Source: Blepharisma stoltei ATCC 30299
Taxonomy: Eukaryota > Protista > Ciliophora
Direction: 5' to 3'
NCBI GenBank assembly: GCA_965603825.1
Contig: CBFDEM010000004.1
Location: 558,001-622,000, forward strand
Length of the DNA stretch: 64,000 nucleotides
Shown piece by piece: positions 14,101 through 28,000 of this stretch (its first letter is position 1; the number at the start of each line of letters is the position of its first letter). The notes beneath the pieces are model-generated. The model was not told the origin of the DNA. It saw only the letters and a list, made by a program, of their open reading frames with translations, and ran no database searches. The position numbers and the translations under genes were made by a program.

Positions 14101-17100
14101 CCAAGACCTCCAGGAGAAAACTGCCTTTGTAAAAACCCAGCAAGCGCAAGTCAAAGACAAAAAAGATGAGCTGGAAGTCAGAGAGAAAGAAATAACCGAG
14201 GATAAAATCAAAGCAACTGAAGCTTTAGAAGAAGCCCGCCCTATTTTAGAAAACGCTAAGCGAGCATTAGAAGTCTTAGATGCTAAGAAGCTGGGAGAAG
14301 TCAGAACTTATGCAAAACCTCCTCAGCCAGTCATGGATACTTGCATGTGTGTGCTTATATTGAAGCCAGTTCCAAACTGTCCACCTGATTCTGAAGGGTG
14401 GGCTGGCTGCAAAACTATGCTGACTTCACTTAGCAAGCCTGTGCTGCAGTCTTATCAAGTCTCTAGTGTCACCAAAGCAATGTACACAAAGGTCCAGAAC
14501 TACCTGAAGAAACCCGAATTTAACAAAGAAAACGTCGCAGCTGTCTCTGATGCAGCAGGAAACCTTTTCGAGTGGATGGACTCCATGATGAAATACTACA
14601 AAACCTATACTGAAGTGGAGCCACTAAGAATCAAAGTAGAAAAGCAAACCGAAAAGCTTGAGCAAGCCAAACGTGAATTAGCAGAAATCACAGCAAAGCT
14701 AGAACTTCTCCAGGCAGAAATTATGGACTTGAATGCAAAGCACAAAGCAGCCTCTGAAGAATTGAGCTATCTCACTGAGCAGGCTAATGATATGGAAAGG
14801 AAACTAAACATGGCCTCCAGACTCATTTCTGGACTTGGGACAGAGAAGAAGCGTTGGGCTGAAGACATTATCCAGCTGCGAGAAGACAAACATAACCTTC
14901 TAGGCGATTGCTTGTTGTCATCATCATTTTTGTGCTATACAGGCGCCTTCAATTATCAGTTCAGAATTAGAATGGTGTATGAAGCGTGGGAAGCTGATAT
15001 AAAAGAAAGAAAAATCCCATTGAGCGAGCATTACAGGATAGAAAAGCTTCTGACCAACGATGTAGAATGCGCTAGATGGGCTAGCGAGGGGCTTCCACAA
15101 GATGAGTTGAGTATCCAGAACGGTATTTTAACCACTTATTCTAATAGGTTCCCTCTGTGTATTGATCCACAAGAACAAGCTGTGAAGTGGATCAAGCAGA
15201 AGGAAAAGGAAAATAACTTGGAAACCACTACTTTCAACAACCCTAAGTTCAACAAACTTGTGGAAAACTGTATCAAATTCGGAAATTCTCTATTAATAGA
15301 AAATGTTGATGAAGAATTAGACCCTACTGTAGACCCTGTGCTTGAAAAAAGCTACACAGTCAGAGCTGGAGAAAAAATTTTACCTTTGATGGGTGCCAGT
15401 ATTGTTTGGAGTGACAAATTCAAACTCTTTATGACCACAAAACTGTCAAACCCACAATATACCCCTGAAATCATGAGCAAAACTAGCATCATTAATTATA
15501 CCGTCACGCTCAAAGGGCTAGAAGATCAGCTGCTTAATGAAGTTGTCAAGCTGGAAAAGCCTGAAAGAGAAGAAATGAGGAAGCAGCTCGTCATTGAAAT
15601 GAGCAAAAATCAAGCCACCAGAAAACAGTTAGAAGAAAGCTTGCTTAAGAACCTGACTGAAGCCAAAGGAGATATTTTGGAAAATACCACTCTGGTTGCC
15701 ACCCTTGAAGAAACTAAGCAAAAAACTGTTGAAATCACTCAAGCTATAGAAAATGCCAAGATTACTCGTGGAGAAATAGAAAAGGACAGACAGGCATATC
15801 AGCCAGTTGCACTGAGAGGCTCTATTCTTTTCTTCGCTATGTCAGGGCTCTCAGCGATTTCTCAGATGTATGAGTATTCTTTAGCGAATTATCTGCAGGT
15901 GTTTACGCAGTCTATTCGAGATGCCAGAAAGGACAACATGACTGTAACAAGAGTGAAGAACATTATTGAAAAGCTGACTATGAACGTGTATAACTATACT
16001 TGCTTAGGTATCTTTGAAAAGCATAAAATCATGTTTTCTTTCCATATGACAATCATGATCATGCAGCACGATGGGGAAATTGATAATAAAGAATACGACT
16101 TTTTCTTGAAAGGAAATACTTCCTTGGAGCAAGTCTCTATGAAAAAACCTTTCGCATGGATACCTGAACAAGGCTGGAAAGACCTTGAAAGAATTATAGA
16201 TCTGAACGCTAAATTTTCAAGACTTAGAGAAGATATCCTTAACAATGAAAAAGCTTGGAAAGAATGATATGACTTAGAAACCCCAGAAAGAGCGTCTATC
16301 CCATGCGGCTACGATAGCTTGACTCCTCTAGGAAAACTATGTTTACTTAAGCTATTTAGAGTCGACAGAGTTTATAACGGAATCAAAAATTTCATTGTAG
16401 AGAAGCATAAAAATGAGTTATATATTATGCCACCTCCGCCAATATATGAGAAGATCTACGAGCAGACCAATCCAAATTCTCCAGTCGTCTTCATTTTGTC
16501 CCCAGGAGCAGATCCTTTAAGTGATGTTACAAAGCTAGGCGAGCTGAAAGGCTTTACAGGAAATAAATTCAAGCCACTTGCACTGGGGCAAGGAATGGGA
16601 AATCTCGCTTTAGAGTATCTCAAGACAGGTGCCCAGAGAGGCCACTGGGTCATGCTTCAAAATTGCCATCTGCTGAAAAACTGGATGAAGGAGCTTGAGC
16701 GTGAACTTGAGCAGATTTCGAAGCCTCATCAAGATTTCAGGCTTTGGCTCACCACAGAGCCTACTGATGTATTTCCTTTGAGCATCTTGCAGCAATCTTT
16801 AAAGATAGTCACTGAGCCACCAGATGGTTTAAAGCAGAACATGAGATCACTATTTGGAAAAGTCAATGAAGATCAGCTGCAAGAGTGCCCACACCCTGCA
16901 TTTAAGCCACTGGTCTATGTCTTGACATTTTATCATGCAGTCGTGCAGGATAGGAAGAAGTATGGAAAAATTGGTTGGAATGTCAGCTATGACTTCAATG
17001 ACAGTGACTTCAAAATTTCGCTAAGACTGCTTTCTATGTATTTAGGAAAGGCTTTCAGAGAGAAAGATGATAGTATCCCTTGGAACTCATTGAAATATTT

Positions 17101-18265
17101 AATAGGAGAAGCTATGTATGGAGGAAGAGTTACTGATGATTACGATAGAAGAGTTTTGACTACTTATCTTAATGAGTATATGGGCAATTTCATTTTCGAT
17201 ACAAATCAGCCATTCTTCTTCTCTAAAAGCGGCTATAACTACACAATTCCTAGCGAAGGGACTTATGATTCTTATAGCAGCTCAATTTTGGCCTTACCCA
17301 CTCTAAATTCTCCAGAAGTGTTTGGCCTCCATACCAATGCTGAAATCGGATATTTCACCAATGCAACTAAAGGGCTATGGGTAAACCTCCTATCCATGGC
17401 TTCAGAAGCTACATCTGCCTCTGGTGGAAATAAAGACGAGTATCTACAGTCTATAATTGCTGATATCCAATCCAAAATACCTGAAACCTACGACCAGCTT
17501 GCCATGCGTAAACAACTGGGCGAAAATCTTAAGCCCAGCCAAGTTGTTCTTTTACAAGAAGTCGAAAGGTTTAACAACCTTTTAATCATCATGCAAAGCA
17601 CCCTCAGCAATTTGGCTAGAGCACTCAGAGGTGAAATCGGTATGAGTAGCGAGCTTGATGAGCTTGCTTTTTCCTTGACAAACGGATTTTTGCCTGAGCC
17701 ATGGGGAAGGCTATCTCCCCAAACAGAAAAACCTTTAAGTGCATGGATGACCTTCTTCATAAAGAGAGACCAACAGTACCGCAAGTGGAGAGATGAAGGT
17801 GAGCCTAGAGTCATGTGGTTAAGTGGCCTTCACATTCCTGAATCTTTCTTAACAGCAGTTGTGCAGCAAACCTGCAGAGATAACACATGGGCTTTAGACA
17901 GATCTACACTATATACCAAAGTGACGAAATTCAAATTCGCAGACGAAGTCAAGAAAAACCCGAAGCGTGGGAAATATATTTCTGGGCTTTATTTGGAAGG
18001 CGCTAAATGGGATTCTAAAAACAAATGCATAAAGAAGCAAGATCCGAAAGAATTGGTGTATGAAATGCCGGTCATGAAAATCATACCTGAAGAAGCCAAT
18101 AAGGTGAAACTTAGAGGAACTGTCAAAACTCCTGTGTATGTGACTCAAGCTAGAAGAAATGCAGCTGGCAGAGGGTTGGTGTTTGAGGCCGATTTGAAGA
18201 CAGACGAGCATCAATCTCACTGGGTTTTGCAAGGAGTTGCGTTAGTCTTGAATATTGATTATTAA
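5174..18265 (+). CDS. DNAH10: Axonemal inner-arm dynein heavy chain, DNAH10 / I1-alpha type, 4363 aa, no intron needed
   Basis: Eight same-frame ORF pieces joined by TGA=Trp at 5423, 6257, 6713, 8003, 9752, 12152 and 16265; I found no TAA/TAG in the gaps. P-loops [24 protein letters not shown] and GVGGSGKQ. C-terminus [13 protein letters not shown]. Confidence 0.93.
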
Positions 18266-19051
18266 TTTATTGACTATAACTTAAAATATCATGAGTAAAG
18301 ATATTAAATGAGTTTCTACATTTTATTGTCTCATGAAATACGTAAAAATCTGCAAAAATTTTAAAATTAGATATTTATGAAATTTTTCTATGCTTGTCTG
18401 TTGCTGACCTTAAGATAGGCAAATTATATTTAATTTTTCCATAGTCCTACAAAATGCATTAATGATTAGAGGGATTGAATCTTATTTTATCAAATGAGCT
18501 TTTTCTATATTGGAATTTTTAGTTTAAAGGCTTGATAGCGGTTATAAAATTGCAACAGTTACTTTATCAAAAAAAATAAGTTTTACAAGTAGGCTATACT
18601 ATCTTTTAACTTTGTTAATAAGATGTGTAGAAATAGATAAATATGACCTCAAAATTCCTGAGAAATTGATCATAAGATAAATAGAAAATTTTCTTTAAAA
18701 ATCCCAATTGAAAAATCGTAATGAGCAAAAAATGGATATTAATTAAATCTAAAAATTTGAATATATCAGCCATTTTGAGAATATTTAAAAATCTTTTATA
18801 ATAAAATTTTAGCAATTAAAGAATATCAAATGCTATTTAATCAAATTTTTGAGTTACTCTTAAGAAATGATGCTTAAATCCTATAGCTCTAAGACATATA
18901 ATTATTTGCAAAAAATCTGGATTTTCTATACTTTCATACCTAAATAATAATTATATGCCATTTAGAGTTTAATTTTGAAAATCTCCAATTTTTATAAAAA
19001 TTATTTAAAAATGCTTTAATCATTTAAAGATTACTATGAATTTTCAAATTA

Positions 19052-22000
19052 TTAATAATATCTCCTTGTTGGAGAAGACATCCTTGACGTCATTCGTGAT
19101 GAAGGTCTCGACAAATAGGAAGCTTCAACCTTTTCTCTTGAAAGCTCAATGATATCATTGATATAATCATGAATGTCCTTCGGAGGAGGTAAAATCACTC
19201 TTGGGCTGAAACAAGAGCTCTTCCTTGAGTGGATTGATGGTGTGCTTATTGAAGTAGGTAAGGTCTCCAGTAGTTTCTGATGTAAATTATTTGATGTTTT
19301 AATAAAGGAAAGTTCATCTTTCAATTTTTGATATTTCCATTGAGGCTGTGCTGTTCTAGATAAAATTTCTGATCCATTTCGAAGCCCAAGCTTATATTTT
19401 TGGTAATTTGACGAAAAAACACTTGATTCTTGAATATATTTAAACGCTGAGGATTTTAGTCTGAACTGCAAAATTTGTACTGTTTTCTGCATAAGGAATT
19501 CGAAAATCAAGGTATTTCTGCGATCAACAATTTGTGGCCTGCCTTGGCGTTTTCTATTTGGTGATGGAGTATTTTGTGAGGAGAAGTTTAAAATTTTTTG
19601 AAATGAAAAACTAAGGCTGTCCTTAATTTTGCCTTTTAAGTTACTAGTTAAAAGCTTTATCGGTACATTTTTACTGAGAGGGTTTGATTTGATATGGCTA
19701 GATGATCTAGATCTTGGATGGCGAGTTTTAGCTTTATTGGTAAAAATTGATTTTGGTGGTTTGAGAATAAGAGCAAAATAGGGCTTAAGAGAAATTTTGA
19801 TGAAAATTTGTGCAAAACGATTAATTTTTTTGGAAATTTTTACGTTTTCCTCATAATTCTTTATAGCTTCCAATGCATTCTTGAATTCCTGCTTTATTAT
19901 TGTTTTCTTCAAAATTTTTGATAATAAATTTGCTGCTCTTGAAATAAAAACATTCCTTATTTCTTTTTCTTTATTGGTTGTATTTGTTTTATCTGGCTCA
20001 ATTTTGACTGTGTCATTACTAGTTTGTATTAAATTTGAAGAAAGCTGACTAGCTTTTTGCTGTGGAGCAATTTGAAAAGGAGGCTGAGATACAGTTGAAA
20101 TTTCTTTGCTTTTTCGAAGACTTTGTCCTTTATCTTTTGGAGGCAGAGCAGTGCCTGGAAGATTCACTTCTTCAAGAATATCTTCAAAATTATTCCCTTT
20201 CCCAGCTGGCTGTATTGGGGAATCATCATCTGAAATTGGACTCACAAGCTTTGAATCAAAGCTATCAGCAATTTTAGCAAAAATGCTTTGCCTCCCATTT
20301 ATCTTGAAATGCTCAAAGCCTCCTCTCAGCACAAGTTTTATCCATAAAGGCATTATGACAAGTCTAACACAGTCTGTTTTTGTCATATTACTGATTTCGG
20401 ATTTATGCAATTTTTTCCAGGCGACTTGCTTATGTTTGTGATGAATTCGCTTTACTGCCGAATTCAATAAATCACCAAGAACACCTGCAATGGCTTTTTG
20501 CAAACTAGAATCAGAAAGGAATTCTTCAGGCTCTTGATTTTTGCTTGACCGAAGAGGTTGGGACTTTGAACGACCTAAAGGGTTGGAAGCTTTTTTAGAC
20601 AAATCAGTATCTTTGTCTTCAGGCATTTTTGGAGGTGGTGGCGGAGGCTTACTAGATCTGACTATGGGCTTCCTGATTTTTTTGGTGTCTCCTTCTAATC
20701 CTGCTCCTTTTGACTCATAAAGCACAACGAATTTTTCTGTTTCAGGAGGCTTGCTGGATCTTACTGGAGCTCTTGGTGGGTGCTTCAGTGGTGCCTTGGA
20801 TATGCGCTTTTCTGTCTCTATATTAATTTGGTTTTCAAGTGGATTAATGGCGAATGCTACAGATTTGGGCTTAGGGTACTCGCTTTCAATTGGTAAAGCT
20901 TTATGAAGCTCATCTGCTACTTCTGAGGGTTCTTGCATAGCCTTGGAAGCTTGAACTGAGAGATCTGATTTTTCAGTGTTAAAATTGAATTTTTTTCTTT
21001 GATCATGAGAGTCTGTGCTTAAATCTTTTGTTATAGTTTTCTTATCGAATTGCTTTAAGCTGTGCTGGGATGGGTTAATTTCTTGAGCCTGCCCAACTAT
21101 CTTATTCTCTTCTATCGCGTTTATGGTATCCTCAGATTTATTGCAATCCCCTTCTTCCTTATCATCATCTTTTGGCTTTGAGGATTCTTCTTTAATTTCT
21201 TCTTCTGTTTGATTGCCATCTGCTAGTTTTATAGTGTTTTCAGCCTCTCTAATTCCATCCGTTTGATTTCTTGTGTCTTCAGCTGCCTTACTTTTGCCTG
21301 CTGGCTTCTTGATTCCTTCAGTTGCTGTATTTGACTTTGCTCCCTCTTCAATCTTCTTCTCTTCTTCATGCAGCTTTACAAAATCATTTCTTGCTCTAGT
21401 TTCTTCCATTTGTTTTTCCATACCTTTATTTATCCTAAATTCTTCTTGTGGCTTTGTAATACCTTTTGGCTTATCAGTTTCTTCTACTGGGCTTTCTAGG
21501 CCTTTATTTATTCCACATTCTCCTGTTGATTTTTTTAAGTTTTCAGTTATTTTAGTTTCTTCTATTAGGTGCTCTATATCATTTTCCTGCTTGATTTCTT
21601 CTACTGGCCCCGAGATATCCTTTTTTATTCGAAGTAATTTAGTTGGTTTTGCTATAAATTTTGATTTATCAGTTTCTTCTTCAATTGCCTTCTCTATATT
21701 AGTTGATGTCTTAATTTCTTCTATTGGCTTTGCGGTGTATTTATTAATTTCAAATTCTTTAGAAATGTTTGCTTTATCTTTTGCTGTATCAATTTCTTCT
21801 ATTGGCTTTGGAATATAATTACTCTCTACTGGCTTGGCTATATCATCTGTCGGCTCATTTTCTTCTATTGGTTTTGCGCTGTATTTATTTGATCCAATTT
21901 CTTTAGCTGGATTCTTTGCTTTATCTTTTGTTGTATCAATTTCTTCTATTGGCTTTGGAATATAATTACTCTCTACTGGCTTGGCTATATTATCTGCCGA

Positions 22001-25000
22001 CTTAATTTCTTCTATTGGTTTTGCACTGTATTTATTTGATCCAATTTCTTTAGCTGGATTCTTTGCTTTATCTTTTGCCTTCTCAATCTGTTCTATTGGC
22101 TTTGCTATGTATTTATTTGTACCGAGTTCTTCTAATGGTATTGCTGTTTCTTTTGTTGCCTGATTTTCTTCTTTTGGATTTGCTGTGTCTTTTTTTGACT
22201 TTATTTCTCCTATCGGTTTTGCAATGTATTTATTTTTTCCAAATTCTTCTGGATTATCTATATCTTTTACAGCTTTATTTTCTCCAATATGTTTTGAAAT
22301 TCCTCCAGCTAATTCTGATGTTTCTGCACTATCTTTTGCTGTCTTATTCTCTTCTAATGGCTCAACAATATCTGGATTTATATCAAAATCTTCTGCTGGC
22401 TTCGAGGTTTCTTTTGCCATTTCCATTTCCTCTTCTGGATTAGTGATATCTTTTGTGATAGGACTAATTTCTCTGGCAGGCTTTACAGTGCCCTTTCTTA
22501 CATTTTTTTCATCTGATGGCTCAATAATACCATCTTTTGTCTTGGCTTTTTCTATTGGCTTTGCCATATCTTTATTTTTATCAGGCTCTTCTATTGGTTT
22601 TGCGGTGCCTTTAGTTACTCTAATTTCTTTTTGGGGCTTAGTAGAATTAGATGAATAAGAATCCTCTTGAAGATGGGTGCGTTTAGAATCAGGATATATT
22701 ATAGCATCCTTCGCTTTGTTTTCCTCTTTTGGCTTATCGCTATTTTCAACTACACTCATATCGTCTTTATGCTTCATTATAACACTAGATGGATTATCTT
22801 TGACTGTCCTAATGCTTCCATTTAAGTCTCCTATAAATTCAGCTGGCTTTTTTATTTCTTTTTGCTCTGCATTGTCTATGATTTCTCTAATATGCTCTCC
22901 TGATTCTATTTCAGATTCATCTGATTTACTTTCATCTTGTGTCTTTCCTATGTCTTTATCTGATTCAATATCTTCTGCTTGACTTGTTATTGCTTCATGC
23001 AATTTACTCTCATCTTTTGACTTTGGAGAATCTTTTGATCTCATAGCATTTTCCATAGGATTTATTCTTTTGGCGGGTGATCTATTTTTTTCCTTTGGCT
23101 TTTCTGCATCCTTGCCTATTTGAGTATTTTCATTTGGATTTATCATAGCTTCAGCTAATTTATTTTTTTCCAGTGGCTCTGTTTTATCTTTATCTATTTC
23201 AGCATTTTCACTTGGACTCATTATATTTTCAGTTTGATTACTCTCTTTATCATATCTTGGATGGATTGTTGCATCAATTGACTTTCTTTCTTCCATTGGA
23301 TTTGCAATATATTTGGCTCTCTTATCATCACTAGAAATTATTTTTCCTTCTGTTGCTTTACTTTCTTCCTTAGGCTTTACATTTTCTCTATCTGCTTCGT
23401 TAATGATATCTCCTGAGTCAGTTGGTATGCTTTCATCTGTTAATTTTTCTTTTTTATTACCCTTTACATCAGTTGATTTGCTTTCTTCTTTTGGCCTCGG
23501 GATTGATATGGTTGGGCTATTATCAAAATCTTTTGAATAAGCTTTTAAATCTGCTGATTTATTTTCTTTATTTGGCTTTTGTGTTTTCTTACCTAACTCA
23601 ATGTCTTCACTAGGAACAATTTGATTTTTACTTGATTTACTTTCTTCTTTTGGGCTTGCTGCTTCTACAACTGTCTTACTATCTTCTTGTAGACTTAATG
23701 TAGTTTTGGCTAATTTGCTTTTAATCTTTGGCTTTGCACTTTCTTTGGCAACCTTATTTATATCCTCTTTTGAATCCACTAAAGTTTTAGATGATTTGCG
23801 TTCTTCGCTTGGCTCTTCATTTTCATAGGCCGTTTTACTACTATCCTGTCTTGAACTTGTTACAGCTTGAGTTGATTTATTTTCTTGTCTTGAATTTGCA
23901 CTTGTCTTATTGATATCTTTTGGCGAGCTGATTATAGCATCCATTAGCTCGCTTCCTTCTTTTTGTTCTGCAACTTCTTTAGCCATGCTAGCTTCTTTTG
24001 ATGGTTTTATGACGTCTCCAGTTGCCACTTTATTATCTTCTTCCGGCATTGCCATAGCTTTAGCTTTATCAATTTCTTTTTTTGTCATTGTTGGATCTTC
24101 TTTTGGAGTTCTGATTGCATTTTCAGTTGCCTTTATTTCTTCTACTGGTTTTGCTACACTTTCAGTTAATTTATTATCTGTACTAGGCTTTCTATCACTT
24201 TCCATCACCTTAATGAGTTCTAAAGGCTTTGCAATATCCTCATTTACCTTTCTTGATGCCATTGGCCCTTTAGTTTTTAGGACTTCTTCTCTTGGATGCG
24301 TAGTGTTTTTTCTATCCTCAATTGGTTCTTCAGAATCTTCAAAAGTATAGCTTTTATCTTTTGAATCAATGTCCTCGGGAGTATCACTTTCTCCCCTTGG
24401 ATTTCCAATATCTCCAGATATATTTTTAAGGCCTTTTGGTCCTTTTTTGCCTTCAGGCACAGTGCTTCCTTTCTCTATCTTATTTTTATCTTGAATTTTT
24501 TCATCTTTTTGTTCGTTAGTACTTTTAAAGTTCCTTTCATCTTTATTTGGCTTTGAAAAATCTTCAGATATATTATTCTCCTCTGTTGACTTATGGGTTA
24601 AGTACTCTTCATGTGAACTCTTATCTCCTTTCTTTATAAGGTCTTGGTTAGAGGAAGCATCTATTGGGCTTTTATTCATCGGCATATATGAAGAATATCC
24701 AGGCGTTGTATTTTCTTCGTTTTGTGGAAAATAATTGGCTTCTGCTATTTTTTGTTCTTCTCTTGGTTTATAATTTATAGAATCTTTATCATTTTTCTTT
24801 TCTTCTAAGGGTTCTAGAAAAGGATCTGGTGATTTTTGTCCTTCTTCTCTTTCCTTATAAATAATAGCACCTGCTCTTGTTTTTCCTTCTTCTCTTTCCT
24901 TATTTATAAAAGGTTCTATTTTTTTATTTCCTTTCCCCTGCATTTGACTTGGCGTCTCTTCATCCTTTATTAGATCTATAGCAAAAGGATCACTAACAAA

Positions 25001-28000
25001 CTTATTTCCTGCTTTTGGCATAGATATTGAAGGATCTGCTGAAGCTTCTTTTTTTCCTTTTTGTTCTTGGATCAAAGGTCCTTCGTTTTTGGTGTCTTTT
25101 GCCGCATAGGATGAAGGATTCTCTGATTCCTTTGCTATTTCAGCTGGAATATAAGCTAAGGTATCTCTAGGTTCTCTTGCTTTTACTTTTTGAGGGAGTG
25201 TTAGAGGATCTTTTGCGGTATTACCTTCTTCGCTTGGTTCACAAGCTAAAAGTGCTGTAGGCATGCTGATTTCTTCTTTCAGAACAGAAATTTGTGAATC
25301 TGGCTGAACTATAATCTTTTCTTTTTGTGGACGAGCTAATGGATTTACTTGGACCTTATTTTCTTCTATTTGAAAAGAAACTCGAGGATTGCTCGGAACT
25401 TTTTGTTTATTAGATAAATTTGCTTTATTTTCGTGATGAGAAATTGGCTTATCGGCACTATCTTCTTTATAAGCTAAAGGCTCATTTGAAGATTTAGTTT
25501 CGTTTTTTTGAGAAGTTCTGGGAGAGTCTCTTGGCTTTCTCTTTTTTCCATAGCTTAAAGGATCTCTTTGTGCCTTTTTTTGTTCTGGGCTACCAATTGA
25601 AGACTCTGCAGACACAAAAGCCTCTTCCTCTGGTAAAGAAATTAAAGGATCTTCTTCAATTTGCTTTTTTGTTTCGAAAGGTTCTTCATCAATAATAGAA
25701 GAATCTTCTATTTGCTTTCCTTTTTGAAAAATGTCTTGCGATGTTTTCTTTTTATCTTCGGTCTTGCTTTTGCTTTTATCTTCAGTAATAGCGAAAGGAT
25801 CTTCCTGAACTTTATTTTCTTCTTTATTTGCTTCGTCTCCAGAAACTAAGGTTAAATGATCTCTTGCACCAGGCTTGCTAGATTCTGACAAAGGATATCT
25901 TTCAGATTTGATAGGGCTTGAGAAGCTATCTTTTTCTGGTATATTTGAGCTTGATAAGTTATCATTGCCAGGATTGATAACGCTAGGGAAAGTTCCATTT
26001 TCTGATTTATTTGAGTCCCATAAATTATCTCTACGAAGTTTAGTTGGCCTTGAGATGTTAGATCTATCAGGTGTATTAGCCTGATCCAAAAACTGTTTAG
26101 ACTTTATATCTGATGAAACATATACATCACTTTTACTTCTCCTACCTTTTCCAACTGTTTTTTTAGGAGAATCACTGACTTCAGGCAGCACAAACTCATT
26201 GACATTTATATCTCTTGCATCATCTTTTTTTCTTTCTTCTATAAATATGCTTGAGATTCTATCATTTTTTATAGGCGTTTCTGGATTATTTAATAAGTCT
26301 TTGTGAAAATTCCCTAAGCTCTTACTTTTAGAGTAGTGGGCTTTACTTAATCTAGCTTTAGTTTGTTTATCTTGGTAGTACTCTTTTTTATTCTCAAAAA
26401 TCTGAACATAACTTTTATTATCTTTAGGGCTGGCTATTTTTTCAGCTGATTTTTCTCGTGGAGAATCTAAGACATTTGAGCTTCGTTGGGCTACTGTTTG
26501 AGACCGCACTTGCTTTCTTGCAGGGATTTTGGATTTTGGGGTTAAAGGATCTCTGGGGCTTCGCTTTGTATTTTCTGCAGTGCTAGGCGAGGATCGTGAT
26601 GATCGAGGATTGTCAGACTGAGAACGCAATGGCACATTATAGTCAGGATCTTGTGAGGATGATTCAATTTCAGATTGGTTTGAGTCTTCTAGAATTTTAA
26701 AAGAAATTTTGGGAATTCTTGAAAGATTTCTCGCTTTCTTTGTACTTGGCTCATTTATAGAAGCTCCAAATGATGATTCTTTTAAGGAATCTTCACGTCG
26801 CAGTTCTTGAGCTTCAAATGGAGTTTGATATTCAGCTTTGGCTTGAACTAAAGGCAAATATTCATCCTCTTTTGGCAATTGTGTTGAAGGCAGATCTTCT
26901 GCTGGCCTTAGTCTATTATCTAGCAAATGTTTTTCATGCTCTTGGTCTGAAATTTCTGATTGATGCTCTCCCTCTTCAAATGATAACTTATAAGATGGCT
27001 TTTTAGGTTCTTCATAATAATTTGTGTGCTTTTCTATAGGACTTGCTTGCTTATTTGCTATTTCTTCATTATATTTTTCTCTATCTTTAGTTTGATTTTT
27101 ATTAGCTGATGATCTTACTCCCCTTTTTGGAGATTTGCTAGCTTTTTTCGAAAAATCTTGCTCAAGAATTGGTCTTTCACTTGGATCAAAGCTAGGCATC
27201 TTATTTTCAGGCTGAATTCCTATTCCCATTAGCCGATTTTTATCCTCTTTTACACTTTGATCAGGATTAGTTACTTTGCTTTCTTGAGTATCTGCGTAAT
27301 CCTCTTGCTCATGCAGTATTACGCTTTGATTAGGGTTATTTACTTTGCTTTCTTGAATATGTTGGTAATCTTCTTGTTCATGCTGCATTGGATTGATTTG
27401 CTTATCTTCTTGAGGCTTTTTTGATCTTACTTTTATCTTTTTCGCAGATTTTTTAGGGCTCTTTGAAGTAATATCTCTACCAATTATAGGAATTTCGTCA
27501 AAATTTAGCTTATTTTTCGGAGAACCACCTCTCTTTTCATTGATTTTAGGATTAGAGCTGTAATTATCTTCTTCATATTTTGCATATGGGCTACTTTTTT
27601 CTGGCTTATTTTCGGTTAATTCCTTTGCCGAAAGATATCCCTTTTCATTGATTTTTGGCTTAGGGCTGCATTCTTCTTCATACTCTATATCTGAGCAAAT
27701 CTTTTCTGAGTTTTCTTCTAAATTTGGTTTATTTTCTGGCGATTGATATAAGGAATCATGTCAATTTTCATTGCTTTGGGGATCGGAACTGCACTCGTCC
27801 TCTTTATATATTTCATCTGAGATTATTTTTTCCAAATCTATTTTTGGAATTTCAATAATGTTTTCTTCTTTAGTTGCAGGATTTTCGCTAAATAATCCTT
27901 TTGCCTTTTTATATGGGCTTATTATTGGTCTTCTCATTTTTGGAATTTGCCTTTCTAAATTTTCGATCTCCTCTTTTATATCAGGTTTATCAGTTTCCTC

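Noticed and set aside
5174-18265. Dynein as a fragmented pseudogene or several genes
   Set aside because: All breaks are same-frame TGA codons at Trp-compatible sites.
18615-18815. Short AT-rich ORF (similarly 54854-55048 and 63495-63752)
   Set aside because: No motifs; the first two have intergenic composition and non-ATG starts, and the third is antisense to the 7TM-kinase gene.
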